From contig NC_058130.1 in NCBI RefSeq assembly GCF_016433145.1, forward strand, positions 143,506,426 to 143,570,425: DNA of 64,000 bases. The letters run 5' to 3'. The position numbers and the translations under genes were made by a program. The notes below the pieces were generated by a model. The model saw only the letters and a program-made list of their open reading frames with translations, did not search any database and was not told where the DNA came from. The stretch comes from Gracilinanus agilis (Eukaryota). Each line of letters begins with the position of its first letter. The stretch's first letter is position 1. This document shows, piece by piece, positions 56,806-64,000 of the stretch.

Positions 56806-59466
56806 AAAAAGTCTCTCAATAAAAACAGAGAGAGGAAACCAAGAGAGAATTGTTTTCCCTGGTTTTCCCTGGGTTCTTCTGCCCTTGGAACTCAACCTGA
56901 TTCGGCCATGAAAGCTTCATTGCTAATGGAGCCCTCTTACACACTTAGAGTGTCTCCCTCTGGAAGTCCTTCAGAACAGGAACTGTGTGATCTTTGTCTT
57001 TTATATATGAATACCTAACAGCCCTCAGTTTAATTAATATTAGTAATATTGCTTAATTAATGCGTGATTGATTGATGTCTAGCATGTATGAAGAAAGTAC
57101 ACATAGAGTGTGAGATGAGTCTAGAAAGGTAGGTTGATGACTGATTCTGTAGAGCTTTGAATGCCAGATTAAGACATTTCATTCATTCAACTAACATTTA
57201 TTGAACGCCTGTGTTATGGACCTGCATTTGGCACAGTGAGGGATACTCAGTAGACAATGAGAAACCAGTGAAGGTTGAAGCTATTCACGAGGAAAATTAA
57301 CCTGGCAGGAGTGTGAAAAATGATCAGAGAAGAGAGATTGGAGGCAGTAAGGTAATTTAGGTCAGGTAAGACATAATAAATATTTATTAAGCACCTATTA
57401 TGTGCCGTACTAGGCACTAAATAGTACTATAGTTCATACTAAGTGTGACCTATGCTAGGTATTGGGGAAGGTGATGAAGGCCTGAGGGCCTGAAGGAAAA
57501 GCAGTGAGGATGAACCACGGCATCTCTGGAATCTGTGCTCCTACAATGTTTAAATTCTGAAGCATAGAAGTTGCTGAATTTAAGCATCTTTTCCAGGGCA
57601 GGAATTCCTAACCCTAATTTTGAACATCAAGGAAGAGGAAAGCAAATTAGCTGTTTCGTGTGGGTGTGTAACACTTGGCTGGAACATTGCCACTACCTCT
57701 TTCCTTTGGCTTTATAAGAATTCCTGTCACATGATTTCAGAGAAGTTCCCTCCTTTCCCCAAAAACAGCTATATCAGAAGGGAGAGAAGCAGCCCCCAAA
57801 CTTAACTCTGTCCTAACTCAATCCACTTCCCTTTGTTCCACCATGGAGAGAAAAAGATAGGAACCTCAGAATCCTTAGAGGAGGGGCTTGGACCAGAGCC
57901 CAAGAGAAAGAATCAGGGGCCTGAGAAGAGGCTAGAATACCTGCTGGAGGGATCAGAGGCTAAGGACACAGATGGCTGAGTTGTTCATTAAAAGGGAGTC
58001 AAAAGTCAGGGAGCTAGAAACTGAGAAGAGAATATTTGGGTTCTGAGAAAGCAGGGGAGCCAAGAGGGCAGTGTTCCTGCCAATTAATCAGTGTAGAACC
58101 CTGGACAAGTCAATTTCTATGTACCTCATTTTCTTCTTCTATGAGATGAGAAGGCTAAGGGGAAAAGGGAGGATAGAGTCAGCTGATTTCTGGAGTCCCT
58201 TCCAGCTCTGATAGTCTATATTTAATAGCAGAAGGTTGAGGAGAATAGACTAGGGTTCAGTTTTGCTTGCAAGAAGAAGGTGGTAGGGATAGTTCAAGGA
58301 ATCTAGAATACAAATGGTTAATATTGTTTACTTCTCTTTGATTTCATACATGTACATGTATACATATAGTTAACATATCTGTGTTAATAATACATATATG
58401 ATACTTAAGTATTAACTCTAGTAAATTTAATATTTAGCAACTTAGTCCTAAACTTTTCTTGTAATAGAGAATAATCTTTAATAGTCCTTCAAACCTGAAT
58501 AATTTTTAAATTCTTACATGCATGCTTTCACATCCATTATTTCATTTGGTCAAATCTATGAGACAGAGAAAGTAGGGAAGGTCATTCCTTTTAAGTACAG
58601 ATGATAAAACTGAGGTCTAGAAAGGCCAAAGTCACAAAGACACACAGTTGGGTCTCCAAAGCTACCCTGCCCACTACTATCCTTATGTATTTAGCCCAGA
58701 TATAGTAAACTCAGCACTCCCTTCTTCCCATGGCACCCTCTGAGAACCTTTCTCTGTTGTGGTGTTGCATAAAGATTGCTATATTTAGAGACCAAGGACC
58801 TGAGTTAGAATCCCAACTCTGACCTTATTCTCTGTATAACCAGGGACAAGCCCTTTCATCTTTCTGATCCTCAGTTTCCTCAACTGTAAAATGTTGGAGT
58901 TGAATTGAATGACTGTTCTCCCCCAACCCCCTTCTACTTCTAAATTTAATCCTATGCATCCAGATCACTTTCTCTCAGATTCTATCTTCTGGTGCTCCCA
59001 GTGTCAAAAGGAATTCTCAGTTTGGACCTTGCTCTGGTCAATAAAGTAAACTCAGGAAATAAAGTAAAAGTAGTTTACTAGCACACACCAAGGCAGCAAG
59101 CAAATGAGATAGTGCTTGTGCTGATTTCAAACCAGACATAGCTTTTATAGAGTAATTGACTTAGATTTGAGGACAAAAATGCTGATTGGTACTCATGCTA
59201 TGAGGAAATGGGTTTTATGCCACCCCTGCTTTCCCCAGTAAGTACTCATGCACAGGTGTATGTCCAGAGCAAGTAAGTACTCAAAGATCAAAAAAGATTT
59301 AACCATGGCGCCCTTTAGGCCAACTTCACACAAATGGAACTTAGTTTTCTCCTGAAAAATCTCTAATTACCCTCCCAAACATTGACTTCTCCTCTCATAC
59401 ACCAGGAGGTAAAGACCAGAAGGAGGACTTGGATTGTTACAATTGCTTTTACAAGTAGTTGGGAAG

Positions 59467-59640
59467 AGGCAGCTAGGTAGCACAGCATATAGAGTGCCAG
59501 ACCTGGAAGTACCTGGGTTCAAATCTGATCCCAGACACTTCCTAGCTATGTGACTTTGGACAAGTCTCTTGACCCCAATTACCTAGTCCTTGCCACTCTT
59601 CTGTCTTAAAATGGATACTAAGGCAGAAGGTGAGGGAAAA
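59467..59640 (+). mobile_element. SINE1_Mdo-type SINE
   Basis: GGCAGCTAGGTAGCACAG head, core, family tail. Confidence 0.72.
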
Positions 59641-60774
59641 AGGAATCGGGAAATATTTAATGAAAAAATATTTTTAAAAATTAAAAAGTATCAAATTTAA
59701 TATGGTAGTAACAATACTGCCCTTCTTATCTGTGTCCCCTTCTGAAGTGCCTTCTTTCTTCTGTATATTTTTAATGGGTCCTTGATGTTCTTTTATTTTT
59801 TTCATCATTCTCACTACCCCCAATAATTAAACTCTTCAACTCAATCCCTGAATCCTTTTAATTCTTCTGTCTCTCAATTCCTCACCCTCCCCAACTCCTT
59901 CTAATCTACTTCAACCACCTGCCTCCATTTCCTCTAACTACCACCACAGTTCAACTAGGCTACCCAACTGAATTTTGCTTAGATTCTAAAATTGTTCATT
60001 ATGGCTTTGACCACACTCCTTCTTCATAGTCTCACACCAAAGAAGGTAAATTTCTGACAGGATCATGAAGTTGGAGCTTCTGTGAATTGTGAGAGTTCTA
60101 GAATTTGCTTTCACTTTACTGTAAAGTCCAGCCTTATCCTCTAATCTTAATCCTTGAACAAAGAGAGAGAGGTTCTACACCTGACAGAAGGTACTCAGCA
60201 AAAGAAATAATAGCATAAGTTTGTGGAAGCAGAAAGGAAAATAGAAGAGCATAGATTGATCTCAGTGAAAGAAGGGACAGAATGCAGACCCAGCAAAAGT
60301 ATTTTAAAATAAAGCTACAGTTGGTTTAATATTGGGTTCTGACAAGAGAATGCAAGGCAGGAGATTAGATGGGGTAGTGGGTCGAGAGGGCAAAAAGTCA
60401 AGATTCCTGAGTTCAAGGAAAGGAGGGGGACATTTGGGAAGAGAGCCCTAGGGGGTCAGTGAGGGAAAGAGATGAGTGGGTCCTACAAGCAAAGGGTAGG
60501 CTAGTAGAGAGATGAATTATGTGTTTTGCCTGACAGGATACTTGCCTACTCAGAAACAAGAGACAAGGAGGGAGAAAATGGATAAAGGTCTATCTTTTTT
60601 AATAAATCTTGTATGATTTCTTCTGTCTCCAATACCCTGATAGCCATCTCTGCCTTGACTTATGTCCTATCCAAGTTCTATGGTCCAATAAGAAGGGGAT
60701 GGGCAACAGGACTCATGGGCTCACTTTAGCTAGGATGGTATAGTATAGGGCTTCCCAATATTTGTGTGAGGTTT

Positions 60775-60835
60775 ACTTCTCTCTCTCAATCTCTCCTCTC
60801 TCTCTCTCTCTCTGTCTCTCTGTCTCTCTCTTTCT
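60775..60835. repeat. (CT)n microsatellite
   Basis: Interrupted CT dinucleotide run. Confidence 0.8.
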
Positions 60836-61129
60836 TTTAAGGCCTAGAGGTCAGCAGAGACAGAAGAGGATTACAGTAAAGTCTTTTAATGGAATTAGAG
60901 AAAAAATAGAGGCTGAATACCTTCCTTCTCTTCTAAGGAATTTTGGCAAAGGAGGTTGTGCCAATAGCATTGGCCTTTGATCTAGTCATAAACTGAAATG
61001 TTCTGGTTGGGACCCCTGCTGTGAAAATAACCCTGGTCTGGAAGACAGGGGAAAAAACATTTTTTTAACTGTGTAACTCTAGGTAGGTTTCTTCCTCTCT
61101 TACCTTTATTTTCCTCCTTTGCAAAACGA

Positions 61130-61330
61130 CTCAGAAGTTAACCTTTTTGTGTCATGTACCCCTTTAGTAGTATGATAAAAGCCTATGGTTCATTCTCAGA
61201 ATAATGTTTTTAAATAATTGAAGAAGATGATAAATTTAATTAGGGTGTAGTAAAAATAAAGATATAACTATATTCTGAACCCAGGTCCCTAGATCTCTCT
61301 CAAATCTACCTATGGACTGCAAGTAATGGT
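61130..61330. mobile_element. Charlie4-like hAT MITE remnant
   Basis: TTAACCTTTTTGTGTCATG...GCCTATGG...TTCTCAGAATAATGTTTTTAAAT; related to the element at 11699. Confidence 0.6.
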
Positions 61331-63549
61331 GATTCCTGAGTTTCTGGGGATTTTTAAGGTCCCTGAACTTTTTGCTCCAACATTCTCTGATCCTTATGCT
61401 TATCTTGACCCCCAGGTCTCTGGGCCACAGATTTTCTCCTCAGAGGAGATATTAGAGAGGAAATGGAGTTTATGCATCTAAGTTCATAGTTTTCCTTCTC
61501 CTATCTTTTTTCTGTGAATGTGCCAAAGAAAGACTAAAATTTAATATCTGATTAAGTGGAATGTGGAATAACCATGGAATTCATAAAAGTAATTATTAAA
61601 TGTGTTAAAGTGCTGGTTTTGTTGTGGGGCATAGCCAATGTTGTGGGGTGTAACGGTGAACCCCTGGGTTTGGAAAGGATACCTTTTGCAAGAATTCAAG
61701 ACTCCAAAACTTAGCTCAAAAATAAAAAGAGAAATTTATTAATTTAGAAAGTAATATTGAATATGGCCAGGAGGATAGCAAGGAGGAACAGCAAGATGGG
61801 GAGCTACTCCTTGGGAGGACAGCATGGATGGAAAAGCTGTCCCCCCAGACAACAGCAATTCTGGAGATTTTATACTCTTTACAACAGTGGAGACGTGACT
61901 CTAGTGTGGAAACACTCAGGCATTCGGTGGGGTGGTTTGGTCATCTGACTGGGTCTGCCTGAAGATATATGGGGTGACCCTCATAGTTTAGGGGACAGAT
62001 GGATGTCTGAGATACAACTTGATATCAAGGAGGTATATGTCTCTGTCCATCTAAAGGACTATCCAATGAGGATAATCAGATGTTTTGGGTTAGGAGTCAC
62101 AAGAATGTAAGGGAGCAACAGAATTTCCCCGCTTATAATTTGCCTGAAACACTTCTATGGTTTTTGGGGTACAATGCCCATGCCAGTTTCACTTATTATG
62201 TGAAGGTGAGGAAAAGGTTGCTATTGACTATGAGTGCATCCCCTAGTAATTCTTGGGTTGGGTGGGTGGGATTTAAAGGGAGAAATTCTTTTGGAATAGA
62301 TACCTACTTAGGATGTTTTTCAATGAGACTTACCTTTGCTCATTTGGATTTAGAAGTACAGATTTAAAACTTGGGCCCTGCTCTGATCTTCTGGTTTGTC
62401 ACAGGAATTGTTCCTATTTCTACCACACATTGGGCTATTCCTAGACCCACTCCCAATCTGGTGCCTCTGTTCTTCCTGTGTTCAATGTAATCTAGTGGCT
62501 TGTCTCCTATTCCTTGACAGTGACTCCATCTCCTGATTTTATGCATTTCCACTAGCTGTCTCCCACTCCTGGAATTCTCTCCCTCCTCATTTTGGCTTCC
62601 TGCCTTCCCTGGCTTCCTTCAAGTCCCAGCTAAAACCCTACCCTCTGCAAGAAGCCTAGTAACTTCCTTCTGCTAATTATTTCCAATTTATCCCGTAGTG
62701 AATCATTGGTACATAGTTGTTTTTCTGCTGTCTCCCCCATTAGATTGTGACCTTGAGAGTACAAACTATATCCTCTGCCTTTCTTTGTAGTCTCAGTGTG
62801 TCCAGCATTTAGTAGGTGCTTAATAAAAAATTGTTGCCGTGACTCGTCCCCTACTTCTCCAGCCTTCTCACCTTTATAATTCCACAAGGATCTGACCATT
62901 TCTCATCTTCTAATTTAGCTTCATATTTTTTTCTTCCAGAAAAAAAAGACATCAGTTCCACAGGAAAGGCTTTAAGGCCTTGGAAAATGTATGGAAGATG
63001 AGTGGTTCCTCTTTGCTGTGGGAATATATAACTTCTGCTCATTAATTTACCCAATAAACTATGCATATATGTGCATATATCTAAATCTCGCCCTTGAGTT
63101 CTCTGTTCATGTGAGCTTTCCCTAACTTTTGCCAATTCAAAGGGATTTCTCCTATTTCTGAATTCCTTTATCAGTCCGACCCATTTGACAGTACAAATAA
63201 TACTCTTTTCAAATGTGCCTCACTTGTCTAGGTCGATTATAAACTCAGAGGTTGCCAGTGTCTGGTTCAAGCTTTACCCCCTAGCTACTAGTCTAGTTCC
63301 GCCCCGCCCCACCCTCAATGTTTACTAAATAGAAAGATCTGAAATGACTTCTCCAAGCTCCTAGCCAGAATGATCCGTGGGGTTTACCCACGATCTCCTC
63401 TAGAGACCTTCCGCGTCTTAACACCTTCCAATTGAATCCCTTCCAATGACCCGCTCTGGGCCTGTATTGGAGGGGACAGCTAAAAGAGACTTGGAGGGGA
63501 GTCTGGACCCTCGGGCTCTACGAAAGGTCAAAGGAGTGCACAGGAACAG

Positions 63550-63910
63550 CGGGACCAAGGAAAGAAAAGGCCAGAATTGGTCCAAAGGGAGGGCGGATGC
63601 CCAAGTTCACGGGCGGACGGGAGTCTCGCGCGCCTGCCCAGGGTTCTTTCCCTCCCACGCCTACTCCTTCTCCTCACACCCCTCCCCCTTCGCTAGCGGT
63701 TCAACCGCCCACCAAGCCCCGCCCCCTCCAGGTTGTTTCCACCCCTCCCCCTCCCGCTCTCGTTCCAGGCAGGCGCATTAGGGAGGGCTCCGAATCCAGT
63801 CAAGAGGGCTGGAAGGCTGCGGCTGGAAAGACTGTGGGGCTCCAGAGTGCGGGCTTCCGGGGCGTCTCCCGGTGCTGTGGCTTCCTCAGTTTGGGAAAAG
63901 CCCCTCGCTG
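63550..63910. promoter_or_regulatory. CpG-island-like promoter of an unidentified neighbouring gene
   Basis: Abrupt CpG enrichment, GGGCGG boxes, TCTCGCGCG and CTTCCGG ETS motif after 24 kb of CpG-poor DNA. Confidence 0.6.
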
Positions 63911-64000
63911 AAGATGGTTTTTAAACACCAGTTTTACCAACAAATTTTCTTGAATCGTGCGTTTTCCTTCCTTGATGTTTTTTAATCCTGGATTTACTGA

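Noticed and set aside
61627-62442. Imperfect inverted repeat (ggggcatagccaatgttgtgg versus ccacacattgggctattcc) bracketing about 800 bp
   Set aside because: Short and imperfect, with no TSD; likely chance or nested LTR fragments.

Overview
Mammalian genomic DNA, almost certainly from a didelphid marsupial (Monodelphis-like), judging by SINE1_Mdo-type, MAR1 and BovB/RTE repeats. It is syntenic to the human 16p13.3 SRRM2-ELOB-PRSS33 block. In order: (1) the last exon of a PRSS33-like serine protease (+); (2) a complete, intact trypsin-like serine protease gene (+, 6847-12835) with signal peptide, a probable micro-exon and a GPI-like hydrophobic tail, which I do not recall at this position in human or mouse; (3) ELOB (+, 4 coding exons, 118 aa); (4) convergent SRRM2 (-, non-coding exon 1 plus 14 coding exons, about 2838 aa, one 6.9-kb exon, three N gaps); (5) about 24 kb of repeat-rich DNA without recognisable exons; (6) a CpG-island-like promoter at the right edge. 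Splice models were read by hand and are frame-consistent. Repeat-family names and human/mouse comparisons come from memory and were not searched. The best leads are the extra protease, a candidate poison exon in SRRM2 intron 9, a duplicated 3' splice region before the giant exon, and a templated insertion inside an RTE element. No prokaryote-type systems, tRNA, rRNA or CRISPR arrays were seen.
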